DNA of 64,000 bases, from NCBI GenBank assembly GCA_903881565.1, contig CAIRTR010000299.1:2645-66644 (forward strand). Reading direction: 5' to 3'. How positions within the stretch are numbered: position 1 is the first letter of the stretch; every line of letters starts with the position of its first letter. The position numbers were made by a program, and so were the translations under genes. Under the pieces are notes generated by a model. That model saw only the letters and a list, made by a program, of their open reading frames with translations. It was not told the origin of the DNA and did no database searches. Source of the DNA: Oligoflexia bacterium (GTDB lineage Bacteria > Bdellovibrionota > UBA1018). Below are positions 48,006 to 57,600 of the stretch, piece by piece.

Positions 48006-49176
48006 GAGGCTGCTCTTTAGATCCCTTATAAAGTTCATACTGCAGAAGTCGGCACTCCATAGCGCCGTTATAAAGGACGTGCCTTCGCTTGGGGCGCAAG
48101 CCAATTTCGTGAGACAATTCTCGGCTGCCTGTGAAGACAAAGCCAGACCAGCCACTGAATTTCTTTTTGAATGTCTCGCCGATGGATTCATAAAGCGGTT
48201 TGAGCGCTTCGAGTTCGCCTAAGCGCTCACCATAAGGAGGATTGAGAACGATGACCCCTTTTTCCGCAATCGGCTCGCATTCTGCGAGTGCGCGTTTTTC
48301 AATGTGCACCCGGCCGTGGAAACCGGCCCGCTCGACATTAGCGAGTGCTACGCGAACTGCTTTGAAGTCTTCGTCGTATCCCACGATGGTGGGCAGAAGT
48401 TTCTTGTCTTTAATCTCGAGGTCTCGCGCTTCTTCGAGGAGCTCCTCCCAGATTTTGGGCTCATGTCCTAGCCAGTGGGTGAAACCGTAAGTTTCGCGCA
48501 TCAGTCCCGGCGCTCGGCGTGCGGCGATCATGGCGGCTTCAATGGGCAAGGTACCAGATCCACACATGGGATCCATGAAGGCGCCGCCTGTTTTTGCCGC
48601 TTCTTTCCAGTTTGCCAGGGCCAGAATTGCGGCGGCCAGGTTTTCTTTAAGCGGTGCCGCGGTACCTTGTTCGCGGTAGCCTCTGCGGTGCAGGCTTTCG
48701 CCTGAGAGATCCAGGCTCACCGTTGCCACGTCTTGGTAAAGATATACGTTGACTCGGATTTGAGGATTAATCGAATCCACATCGGGGCGAGAGCCTTGCA
48801 CACTTCTCAGCTGATCCACGAGCGCGTCTTTGACTTTCAGCGCGCCGAAGTGGGTGTGAGTGATGGCGGAGTCGGTGGACGAAAATTCCACGGCAAAGGT
48901 TTCTTTTGGACTTAAGTGATCTGACCAGCGAATGGATTTTGCGCCGCCATAAAGTTTCTCGGGCGTCGGGGCTGGAAATGTCTTCAGCGGCAGGAGGACT
49001 CGGTTAGCCACGCGAGACCAAAGGCAGGCGCGGTAGGCGATTTTGATGTCCCCCTTGAAGGCAACTCCAGCACGTGTCGGAGCGATGTCGGAGGCCCCAA
49101 ATTCTAGCAGTTCGGAGGCAAGCAAGGCTTCCATTCCTTTGGCGGTGGTCGCAAAAAAACTAAGGGGGGTCGTCAT
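47983..49176 (-). CDS. rlmL: 23S rRNA m2G2445 methyltransferase (THUMP plus MTase; stand-alone RlmL half)
   Basis: LWSRVANRVL, SLHRRGYR, APLKENLAAA, DPMCGSGT, NPPYGER. Confidence 0.92.
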   Translation of the reverse strand: MTTPLSFFATTAKGMEALLASELLEFGASDIAPTRAGVAFKGDIKIAYRACLWSRVANRVLLPLKTFPAPTPEKLYGGAKSIRWSDHLSPKETFAVEFSSTDSAITHTHFGALKVKDALVDQLRSVQGSRPDVDSINPQIRVNVYLYQDVATVSLDLSGESLHRRGYREQGTAAPLKENLAAAILALANWKEAAKTGGAFMDPMCGSGTLPIEAAMIAARRAPGLMRETYGFTHWLGHEPKIWEELLEEARDLEIKDKKLLPTIVGYDEDFKAVRVALANVERAGFHGRVHIEKRALAECEPIAEKGVIVLNPPYGERLGELEALKPLYESIGETFKKKFSGWSGFVFTGSRELSHEIGLRPKRRHVLYNGAMECRLLQYELYKGSKEQPPKEPAPT

Positions 49177-49269
49177 AGGGTAATGCTACTACCCTAACGG
49201 GACGCATTAGTAAAACAATGAGCAAACTTTCGTCGCGAGTAAGTATACATGTTGCACGCGAATCCTAAG

Positions 49270-50598
49270 ATGAAGCACACAGCTAATTGGCTTAGCGTAC
49301 TGGTTTTAATGACCTCAATATCAGTGATAATGGTGCCCACCTTTGGGTTTTCTGCGACAGTATTTTCGGCCCCCGAGCCCAATGACATAGCGAGAAACCT
49401 GGTCGACGAATTCAAGTACGACACTCTTGAGCAAATGAAGGTTGCGGGCCTTGAGCAGTCCCAGGTTTCGGCCCAGCCGTGGTCGGGTTGGTATTGGCCC
49501 CTGAACGAAGGGGGATTAGCCTATCGCTATGCGGATATCACGTTTCCCAGAGGCGCTAATTGGCCAACGGTTTCAAGTTACCTCCTGAGTACCATCGGGT
49601 TTGGCCCAGTTAACAGGCTTTCGCCCGCCGAAAAATATGATCTCTTGCTGGGGGATGGCAATTTTACTATGACCCGGATGATGATCCAAATTGCGGAGGA
49701 TCATAAGGTCGGCGGAAATGTCGATGCATGGATGGGGTATTGTACGGGCTGGGCCAATGCCGCGATGATGATGCCTAGGCCTGCTCATTCGGTTATCGTG
49801 ACAGCGGCGGATGGAAAAACTCGGATTGATTTTCGTCCGAGCGACATCAAAGCTTTGGGGGCGCTCCTCTGGGCAAACGGGGGTTCTCCTGCACGTGTTG
49901 TAGGTGGCTTGTGCCAGGAGAGCCCGGTGCGGCGTGATCCTGTTACTGGGCGTGCAATTGATCCAGCATGTAGGGACACAAATCCGGCCACTTTTCACCT
50001 TTCGATCGTCAATCAGATCGGCGTAAGCCATCGATCGTTTTTGATCGATAGCGACTCGGGCTATCAGATCTGGAATCAGCCGGTCTCAAACTACAGCTAC
50101 TCTTACTTTAATCCCGCGACAGGAAAAGCCGCGCCGCTCGAAGAGGCAAGCGTCGCGCTCAGTGATTTTCCAAATGATGTGTTTAAAGGGTTTCGCGCAC
50201 CGGGCACAAAATATGTGGTCGGCGTGGAGACGCAGCTTACCTTTATTTATGAAACGCGGCCTAGCGCTCTCCCTACTGACTCGCCGGAAACCGACGATAA
50301 ACGAGTTCCCGTTTATCGGTATGATCTTGAACTTGATGCCTCAGGGAAAATAATCGGGGGAGAGTGGTACTCCCGTTTGCATCCGGATTTACTTTGGGTT
50401 GCCCCGCCTGGCTCAGATCCAGCCACACGAGGGGATTCATTCGTTCATCCGGGGGAGCACTGGGATCCTGAGCAGCCGCTACCTTCGTCCTGGCTAACGG
50501 CTGCAGCGTCATCCGAGCAGTACGTTCAACCGCTTGGCGTGATTGTCGAGAAACTTTTTGAATGGGCGAGTGATGTAAGCACTCCTGCTCAGCAGTGA
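49270..50598 (+). CDS. Secreted transglutaminase-elicitor (GP42-like) family protein
   Basis: PWSGWYWP, LSPAEKYD, WMGYCTGWA, SDIKAL, DTNPATFH, IWNQPV, LELD..G.IIGGEW, HPDLLW. Confidence 0.82.
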   Translation: MKHTANWLSVLVLMTSISVIMVPTFGFSATVFSAPEPNDIARNLVDEFKYDTLEQMKVAGLEQSQVSAQPWSGWYWPLNEGGLAYRYADITFPRGANWPTVSSYLLSTIGFGPVNRLSPAEKYDLLLGDGNFTMTRMMIQIAEDHKVGGNVDAWMGYCTGWANAAMMMPRPAHSVIVTAADGKTRIDFRPSDIKALGALLWANGGSPARVVGGLCQESPVRRDPVTGRAIDPACRDTNPATFHLSIVNQIGVSHRSFLIDSDSGYQIWNQPVSNYSYSYFNPATGKAAPLEEASVALSDFPNDVFKGFRAPGTKYVVGVETQLTFIYETRPSALPTDSPETDDKRVPVYRYDLELDASGKIIGGEWYSRLHPDLLWVAPPGSDPATRGDSFVHPGEHWDPEQPLPSSWLTAAASSEQYVQPLGVIVEKLFEWASDVSTPAQQ

Positions 50599-51135
50599 GG
50601 CGGGCCCATAAGGCCTGAGTTGTAGTCGGCAAAAGTGCTTTGCCAGCTCAAAACTTGGGCTTGGTCTGAGGAGCTTAGGGCACTCCAGTCATTAAAGTCA
50701 TGAGTTGCGAGAAACAGGTTAGCCGCTAGTAACGTTGCACTGATTGATGCTGGACTTGCGCCCCTTGCGATCGCGATTTTTGCACCTAACATTTGAGCGT
50801 AGAGTTTCGTAATTCCGTTGCTGGAGCCTCCGTAGACATTTTGACTAAGAACATCGCCCGCGATCGTGGTCGTGGTCACGGCTAGCGTTTTAGCTCCGCC
50901 TGGGGTTCCGAGATATAAAGGGAGAACGGGTCCGACAAGAGTGAGGTGATTTTTCCAATAGCCAATGGTCCCGCTACATCCGCAGGTTTCGGTTGCTGCA
51001 AAGGCCGTCGCGGACGCATGATAATGGGTCAGCGTATCGTGGGTTACGAGGTCCGCTGCGTTTACTAAATCAAAAGTAGATCCGCAGGTCGCAGCATTGT
51101 TCGTAATCGTGACGGTATAATTGATCGTTTGTGTG
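50589..51135 (-). pseudogene. 3' remnant of a secreted/surface protein gene truncated by the IS
   Basis: Frame is open from the IS end: TQTINYTVTITN...GTIGYWKNH...LYAQMLGAKIA...DYNSG..GPPHC. No start or signal peptide; an in-frame TGA lies in the IS terminus. Confidence 0.75.
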
Positions 51136-51321
51136 TGTCATTACCAAGGGACTTTGGCCGGTTAATTACCCAGCGATTCTGACCACCTATCGGCGTCATA
51201 ACTCCAAAACTTTTGAGAAATCTGTAGGCGGTTTTCAGTTTTCTGTAATCCGATTGCAGTACTGTCTGTCAGTTACCGTTTCATGACCTGTTGCGACAGG
51301 GCTATGACTGAGCAATTGTCG

Positions 51322-51381
51322 AGTCCCCGTAAGTTTTTTGGTCCCACTTTCTGTGAGAACCAAAAAAACTTACGGAGGACT
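51322..51381 (+). promoter_or_regulatory. Long imperfect hairpin containing the RBS of the four-helix-bundle gene
   Basis: agtccccgtaagttttttggtcccac pairs with gtgagaaccaaaaaaacttacggaggact; GGAGGA is in the right arm. Confidence 0.7.
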
Positions 51382-51387
51382 TTCTCG

Positions 51388-51696
51388 ATGTTGACTCATT
51401 TCAGAACCTACAATCTCGCCGTCCAGTTTCATCACGCGTGCTGCTCTGCAAAGATGCCTGGGTATCTAAAGTCGCAGCTCCTGAGGGCATCCTCGTCGAT
51501 CGCTCTTAACCTTGCGGAGGGCTCTGGCAAACCCACTCCGAAGGATCAGCTCAGGTTTTACTTCATTGCCTTAGGGAGTTTGCGCGAGTCACAGGCGGCA
51601 CTGGATCTTGCTCCTATTCGGATGCCAAGCCTTATTGCCCTCGCTGATCACGTCGGCGCAAGCCTCTACAAGCTCTGCCAGTCGATTCAAAGTTGA
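51388..51696 (+). CDS. Four-helix bundle protein (23S rRNA IVS protein / Avd-like)
   Basis: LKSQLLRASSSIALNLAEGSGK...RFYFIALGSLRESQAAL. Confidence 0.9.
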   Translation: MLTHFRTYNLAVQFHHACCSAKMPGYLKSQLLRASSSIALNLAEGSGKPTPKDQLRFYFIALGSLRESQAALDLAPIRMPSLIALADHVGASLYKLCQSIQS

Positions 51697-51706
51697 TCGA
51701 TGATGG

Positions 51707-53386
51707 TTACCCCTCTACAGCGGCAAGCTTCGGTTTTACCCAGCGTGGACCTTGCAGTCTCAGGAAGAGATGTACCGCTCGATAATTCGGAGTTTCAATT
51801 TCAAGGGCGTGTTTACAGGCCTCATTGACTCCATCGCGATGATGATCTTTTGCAAAGCCAAGAACTCCAAAAATGGTTTTGGTATCGATAAAACCATTGC
51901 CCCGCTCCAAGACCATGAGGATTAACTGATCGACCCCAGTCCCAAGGTTTTGCGCCGATTTTCGATAAAATGAGGTGGGATGCATCGCTCGTTTCCACGG
52001 CCCTTTGTGTTCAGGCTTAGTCGAATTAATTTGATGAGAGCCGGTGAGTCTTTGATGCGTTTCGATCAGCTTGCCCTCTTGGTAAATGCGAACCTCTGAG
52101 ACCTCTCCGATAACCCTCATTTTTTGTCCTATGTATTTTTCATCCACTGAATAATAGCGATTGAGATGAACAACGTGGCCATCGGCTCTGACCTTTTGCT
52201 CGATCGTAAGATCGAGTTGGGCAGGGACCGGAGCCTCTTCGTTACAAGCGGGGACTATTTTAAGATTGGCTTTTTCTGGCTGTTTTACCTTGCTGACCTC
52301 TATTTCTTTGCCAGCAAAAAACACCTTCCAACTCAAATCTTGATAGGTTCTGACCTCGATCCTTTGCTTATGAATCGAGTGCTTCAACGGGGAGTCAATT
52401 CGGTAGATCTCAGTGTCCCAGCTAAAAGTATGATCACGAGCTACCGTTCGATCTTCTTTTAGACAAAAGGTTTCATGGAGATCAAATCCCTGCGGTACCG
52501 GTTTGTAGGCTGTTTGAAGATTCGCCGGTGTCACTTTAAATTTGGAGGCGTACTCGTTTGGTAAAAACTGATCCTGCAAATATGCATTGGCCCCGTCATA
52601 GTTGTCGATGCCTCTGATCCTCATTTCCGGGATCAGGCGATCTTGAAGCGTCCCCCACAATCTCTCGATCCGTCCTTTTGCCTCTGGGGAGTTTGCAAAA
52701 ATAATATGAGTCCCAAGCTCTTCGAGTGCTCGCTTGACCTGTGAGAAGTGCGCTCGCTTGGATCCTCCAAAAATCCCTGCGCGGTCCACGTAAAGAATTT
52801 GAAAAATCCCCATTTTTTCTATGATTTTTTGCAAAACCCTCATGCAAGAGATCGTGTCCTCAGCTGGGAAGAATTCTCCAAAAGCTACGTCGCTATCGGC
52901 GTCATCAATGGCTGCAATTAAACACGAAGGCTTATCGCCAAACCATCGATGATGACTCCCATCCATCTGAAGCATCAGGCCAGTCTGCTGCATTCGCTCT
53001 CGTCGTTTTCGAACCTTTGGGGCACGACGTTTCGCCTTCTTCACCATCTTGATCTCGTGACACCAACGTCTGAAGACTTCTCGCGTGACCACGAGATTTT
53101 CTGTCGCCTTCAATTTTTCAAGACAGTGGGTCATGTTGAAGTCGAAGTACTTTTCTTTAACCAGAGATTGGACTGCCTTCTTCAACTCCTCATCGGAGCG
53201 GTTCGCTGGCACCGCATCACAGTTTCCGTGCTTTACGAACAAAACCCCCTTCTGCAAATATTCGGCAAGATAGCGCCGAAGGGTCCGCTCTGAGACATTT
53301 AGAATCTTTTGACCTTGGTCACGGTTCATGATCCCTGATGAAATTTTGACGATAATATCTAACTGCAGTTGCTCGGTTGCACTCAT
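51707..53386 (-). CDS. DDE transposase with IS21 IstA-like C-terminal extension
   Basis: HTH (LNVSERTLRRYL), LQMDGSHHRWF, IDDA, LYVDRAGIF, SPEAKGRIERLWGTLQDRL; extension VRADGHV..NRYYSV...THQR...EACKHALE. RBS GGAGG; alternative TTG start at 53410. Confidence 0.92.
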   Translation of the reverse strand: MSATEQLQLDIIVKISSGIMNRDQGQKILNVSERTLRRYLAEYLQKGVLFVKHGNCDAVPANRSDEELKKAVQSLVKEKYFDFNMTHCLEKLKATENLVVTREVFRRWCHEIKMVKKAKRRAPKVRKRRERMQQTGLMLQMDGSHHRWFGDKPSCLIAAIDDADSDVAFGEFFPAEDTISCMRVLQKIIEKMGIFQILYVDRAGIFGGSKRAHFSQVKRALEELGTHIIFANSPEAKGRIERLWGTLQDRLIPEMRIRGIDNYDGANAYLQDQFLPNEYASKFKVTPANLQTAYKPVPQGFDLHETFCLKEDRTVARDHTFSWDTEIYRIDSPLKHSIHKQRIEVRTYQDLSWKVFFAGKEIEVSKVKQPEKANLKIVPACNEEAPVPAQLDLTIEQKVRADGHVVHLNRYYSVDEKYIGQKMRVIGEVSEVRIYQEGKLIETHQRLTGSHQINSTKPEHKGPWKRAMHPTSFYRKSAQNLGTGVDQLILMVLERGNGFIDTKTIFGVLGFAKDHHRDGVNEACKHALEIETPNYRAVHLFLRLQGPRWVKPKLAAVEG

Positions 53387-53542
53387 ACTGAACACCTCCA
53401 AATCCCCCAATCATCAACTTGTTGAACTGCTTGATAATTGGCAGACTACCGCGCCTTCTTTGACGCGGGTAGGTGGTCAAAATCCCTTGGTAATTGAGAC
53501 CGGACAGAATCGCTGGGTAGTTACACTTATCTCAAAAAAACC

Positions 53543-53569
53543 TCAAGAATTCGTTCCGTCCGTCGATAG
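53543..53569 (+). promoter_or_regulatory. sigma28-like promoter
   Basis: TCAA-N15-GTCGATAG, 9 nt before ATG 53579. Confidence 0.5.
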
Positions 53570-53578
53570 AGCCATTGG

Positions 53579-54208
53579 ATGCGATTGCCTCTGAAGGGAT
53601 CTATTCATTTACCCCCTAAAACCGGCCTGGTTTCCCTCCTTCTATTGATAGTCGTCAGTTTATTGCCTTCGGTTGCGCAGGCGGGGTCCGCCAACGAATA
53701 TTCACCCATCATCGAAATGGGGACGATTCTCCACAGCGGGACGACCGGCAAGAGTCTTACGGGGACCACGGGATACTACATGGCTTTCCGCTCGGAGCAG
53801 CGAAAAGGCCATTTTAGGCCAGAAATGGCAGCCGAACTGCAAATGACCAGCGGGACGATCACCCTCGACGACATCAAGGTCTCAACTTCAGTGTTCGGGG
53901 CAGCTTTTCTGGGGGGATTTCACTTCTTCTTTTTCAAAGAAGGAAGTTTCCAGCCGTTCGTGGGGGTCAACGGAGTTTTGGGTTGGCACAGTCTTCGAAT
54001 GACAAGCCCTCCTGCCGGGGTTGAGCCCTATACCCAGGGGCTGTCCTACGGTTATGAGGCGACCGCTGGGGTGGATATGCGGTTTGGGTCGGCTGAGGGC
54101 ACGGCCTTTCGGGTCCATAGCGGGCTGTGGTCGGTGGCGAGTTCGCTCGCTGGGGTTTCCGGATTTCAGCTCGGCGGCATTCGAATTTCAATTGGTCTTG
54201 TGTACTAA
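53579..54208 (+). CDS. 8-stranded outer-membrane beta-barrel protein
   Basis: Signal peptide ending AQA; FQPFVGV, YEATAGVD; C-terminal ISIGLVY. Confidence 0.72.
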   Translation: MRLPLKGSIHLPPKTGLVSLLLLIVVSLLPSVAQAGSANEYSPIIEMGTILHSGTTGKSLTGTTGYYMAFRSEQRKGHFRPEMAAELQMTSGTITLDDIKVSTSVFGAAFLGGFHFFFFKEGSFQPFVGVNGVLGWHSLRMTSPPAGVEPYTQGLSYGYEATAGVDMRFGSAEGTAFRVHSGLWSVASSLAGVSGFQLGGIRISIGLVY

Positions 54209-54418
54209 CTCCTGGGTAGACCATTTTTGCTGATTTTGGCTGATTTATCCTTAAAAACGGCTAATTTTCGAGCTAGAACAGAACTTACCGTTTTGGTCAA
54301 GAGGGCGAAATATTTTTGCCTCGCAGCATCTTTTTTTTCTTCCCTCAATTTCCGACTTATCCCTAAGGCTTCTTGGCCAAAAGCCTAAACACCACGGCAA
54401 CCTAACGCGGCTCAACCT

Positions 54419-54465
54419 GAACTATCCCTAGGGGGGTGTGAAGAGATGACCACAACTAATTGTAG
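54419..54465 (+). promoter_or_regulatory. Tandem NrdR-like boxes
   Basis: gaACTATCCCTAGGgg (54419) and ccACAACTAATTGTag (54450), 31 bp start to start, upstream of nrdJ. Confidence 0.6.
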
Positions 54466-54647
54466 TTCCTTTTTTGACGGACGAGTGGTGTTTGTAGCAA
54501 CCTTGAATGTACGGGGAGATGTTTTTTTGGGTCCTCCGGACCAGACTGCAGCAAGAGGGCTTGCTGTGGCAGCATGATGCGAAATAGAGTCCCATGAATT
54601 CAACTTGGGAAGAGTTTTTTGGGAAACACATTGGGGGGAGTAGAGGT

Positions 54648-57600
54648 ATGGAAAAAATCACGGATCAGATGACGGGTACAAAGGCGGAAAATACGGATGC
54701 CACTTTAGGGGTGATCGGAGCGAATGCTCTTTTGAAGAAAGGAAACAAAAAAGGCAATAAGCTGCTTAATTCAAAAAAAGAAGCACCTCAGCTGACCCTG
54801 GATTCTGCTCGTGAGCTCATGGCCGGAACGAACCGCGCCCACGCATCCCACGCATCCCATGTCGCGCACGTACCTATGTCGCGCTACTTCACTCGCGAAC
54901 TTAACTCCAACGGGATGAAGCCCTTGGATGCGGTGTCGTATGTTTATTCAACGTCCAAGATTAAAGATACCGATGGCCGAACCGTCTTTGAAATGAAAGA
55001 CGTCGAAGTGCCCGCAGGCTGGAGCCAGCTTGCCGTGGATATCTTGGTCTCCAAATATTTTAGAAAAGCGGGCGTCGCAGGCACCGGCCACGAGACCTCG
55101 ATTAGACAGGTGATCCATCGCCTCTCTCATACCATCGCCTCGGCAGGTTTGCAGATGGGGTATTTCAGTGCTGATTCTGCCGCGATCTATGAAGAGGAGC
55201 TGGCCTATCTTTTGGTTCATCAGATGGGGGCGTTTAATTCTCCGGTGTGGTTCAATTTGGGCCTTTCGCAGGAGTACGGCATCACAGGCTCAGGTGGAAA
55301 CTACGCCTGGGACTCCGTTTCAATGCGAATTGTTGAAATGAAAGATGCTTACGTCAAGCCCCAGTGCTCGGCTTGTTTTATTCAAGCAGTCGATGATGAT
55401 TTGATGTCGATTTTCCAACTCGTGAAAAACGAAGCCAGGCTCTTTAAATACGGCTCGGGCACGGGAACGAATTTCTCAAAAATTCGTGGTCAACAAGAGA
55501 AGCTCTCAGGCGGTGGAACCTCCTCTGGCCTCATGAGCTTCTTGGATGTGTTTGATAAAGGAGCCGGCGCCACTAAATCCGGCGGCACCACCCGCCGCGC
55601 GGCCAAGATGGTCTGCCTCGATATGGACCATCCTGAGATCGTGGATTTTATCACCTGGAAAAGCCGTGAAGAGCGCAAAGCAAAAGCCTTGATTGCTGCC
55701 GGTTATAGCTCGGATTTCAACGGTGAAGCTTATAAATCCATCGGTGGCCAGAATTCGAACAACTCGATTCGGGTGAACGACGAATTCATGCAAGCCGTAG
55801 AGATCGGCAGCAAGTGGAATACTCGTAAACGCACCTCCGGCGAGATTCTTGATACCTACGAAGCACGCGTCCTGTGGAAGATGGTTGCCGAAGCGGCGTG
55901 GAGCTGCGCCGATCCTGGGGTTCAGTACGATACCACCATTAATAAATGGCATACGTGTTCGGGAACGGATCGGATCAATGCTTCAAATCCTTGTTCCGAG
56001 TACATGTTCTTGGATGATTCGGCCTGCAACCTGTCTTCTTTGAATCTTGTGAAGTTCATGCGTCGTGATGGGTCTTTTGATATTGAAGCCTATCGTAACG
56101 CTGCTCGAACATTTGTGGTTGCACAAGAGATCTTAGTTGATGCGTCTAGCTATCCTACGGAGCGCATCGCGAAGAATTCACATGATTATCGTCCGCTTGG
56201 ATTAGGCTATGCCAACCTAGGAACGATGCTCATGCTCAAGGGCATCCCTTACGATAGCGATGAAGGTCGTGCCTGGGCCGGTGCCTTGACCGCGATCATG
56301 ACGGGACACGCCTACGCCGTGAGTGCTGAAGAAGCTGCGGTCATGGGTCCATTTGCGGGTTATGCGCAGAACCGCGAATCGATGTTAAACGTGATTCGTA
56401 TGCATCGTGAAGCCGCTTACAAGATTGATGAAAATAAACTTCCTAAGGAGCTCGTGGCTGCGGCTCGTGAGGATTGGGATCACGCGCTTTCCATGGGTGA
56501 AAAACATGGTTTCAGAAACGCGCAAGTCAGTGTGCTTGCGCCTACGGGAACCATCGGACTTCTCATGGATTGCGATACGACTGGGATCGAACCTGATTTT
56601 GCTTTGGTGAAGTTCAAGAAGCTCGCCGGAGGCGGATACTTTAAGATCGTCAATCAGTCGGTGCCACTTGCATTGAAGAACCTGGGCTATGACGATTCTC
56701 AAGTCAAAGCAATCCTCACCCACATCTTGGGTTCGATGAGCTTCGAAGGCGCTCCTCATATCAATCAAGAGTTCTTGAGATCAAAAGGTCTCGAAGAACG
56801 CGATATTGAGAAGCTCGAAAAAACGCTGGCTGGAACGTTTGAAATTTCCAGTGCGTTTACTCGATTCACGCTAGGCGACGAGTTGCTTAAGCGCATCGGG
56901 GTTCCTGCGGCTGAGATGGAAAAACCGACCTTTAGTTTCCTGCGTTGGGCAGGATTGACGGATTCGCAGATCGAAGCTGCAGGCGAATTCATTTGTGGCA
57001 CGATGACCATCGAGGGCGCTCCACAATTGAAGGCAGAGCACCTGCCTGTTTTTGATTGCGCCAATCGTTGCGGCAAGACCGGTAAGCGCTTTATCGCGCC
57101 GATGGGCCATGTTCGCATGATGGCGGCAACCCAGCCGTTTCTGTCGGGAGCGATTTCCAAAACGGTCAATGTTCCAAACGAAACCACCGTTGAAGAGATT
57201 CAAGAGATTTATACCCAAGGCTGGAAACTGGGCTTAAAAGCCATCGCACTCTATCGTGATGGTTGCAAGTCTTCACAGCCATTGTCCTCTAAATCCGAAA
57301 GTGCTACGGACAAGAAGTCGCCTTCTGCTCTTCAGGCTGCTGCTCAGGCTGATACTCAAAAGACGACGACCTCGGTTGAAGCCACGATGACGGGACCCGT
57401 GTGGAACCCGGTCAGACACAAGCTTCCGGCAAAACGCCAAGGCTTTACACAAGAGGCAGGCGTCGCGGGTCACAAAGTTTATCTTCGTACGGGTGAGTAT
57501 GAAGATGGAACCTTGGGCGAAGTCTTCATCGATATGCACAAAGAAGGGGCGGCTTATCGCTCCATGATGAACTGCTTTGCGATCTCCGTGAGCTTGGGAC

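Larger units (their letters stand above)
51136..53525 (-). mobile_element. IS1202/IS481-like (ISNCY) insertion sequence with passenger gene
   Basis: Ends read TGTCATTACCAAGGGACTTTGGCC..TTACCCAGCGATTCTGACCACCT and (reverse complement) TGTAACTACCCAGCGATTCTGTCC..TTACCAAGGGATTTTGACCACCT; TGT...ACA termini. Confidence 0.9.

Noticed and set aside
51388..51696. Avd-like gene as part of a diversity-generating retroelement or rRNA IVS
   Set aside because: No reverse transcriptase, TR/VR pair or 23S rRNA sequence in the window.
54210..54640. Cobalamin riboswitch upstream of nrdJ
   Set aside because: No recognisable B12-box; only short generic hairpins.
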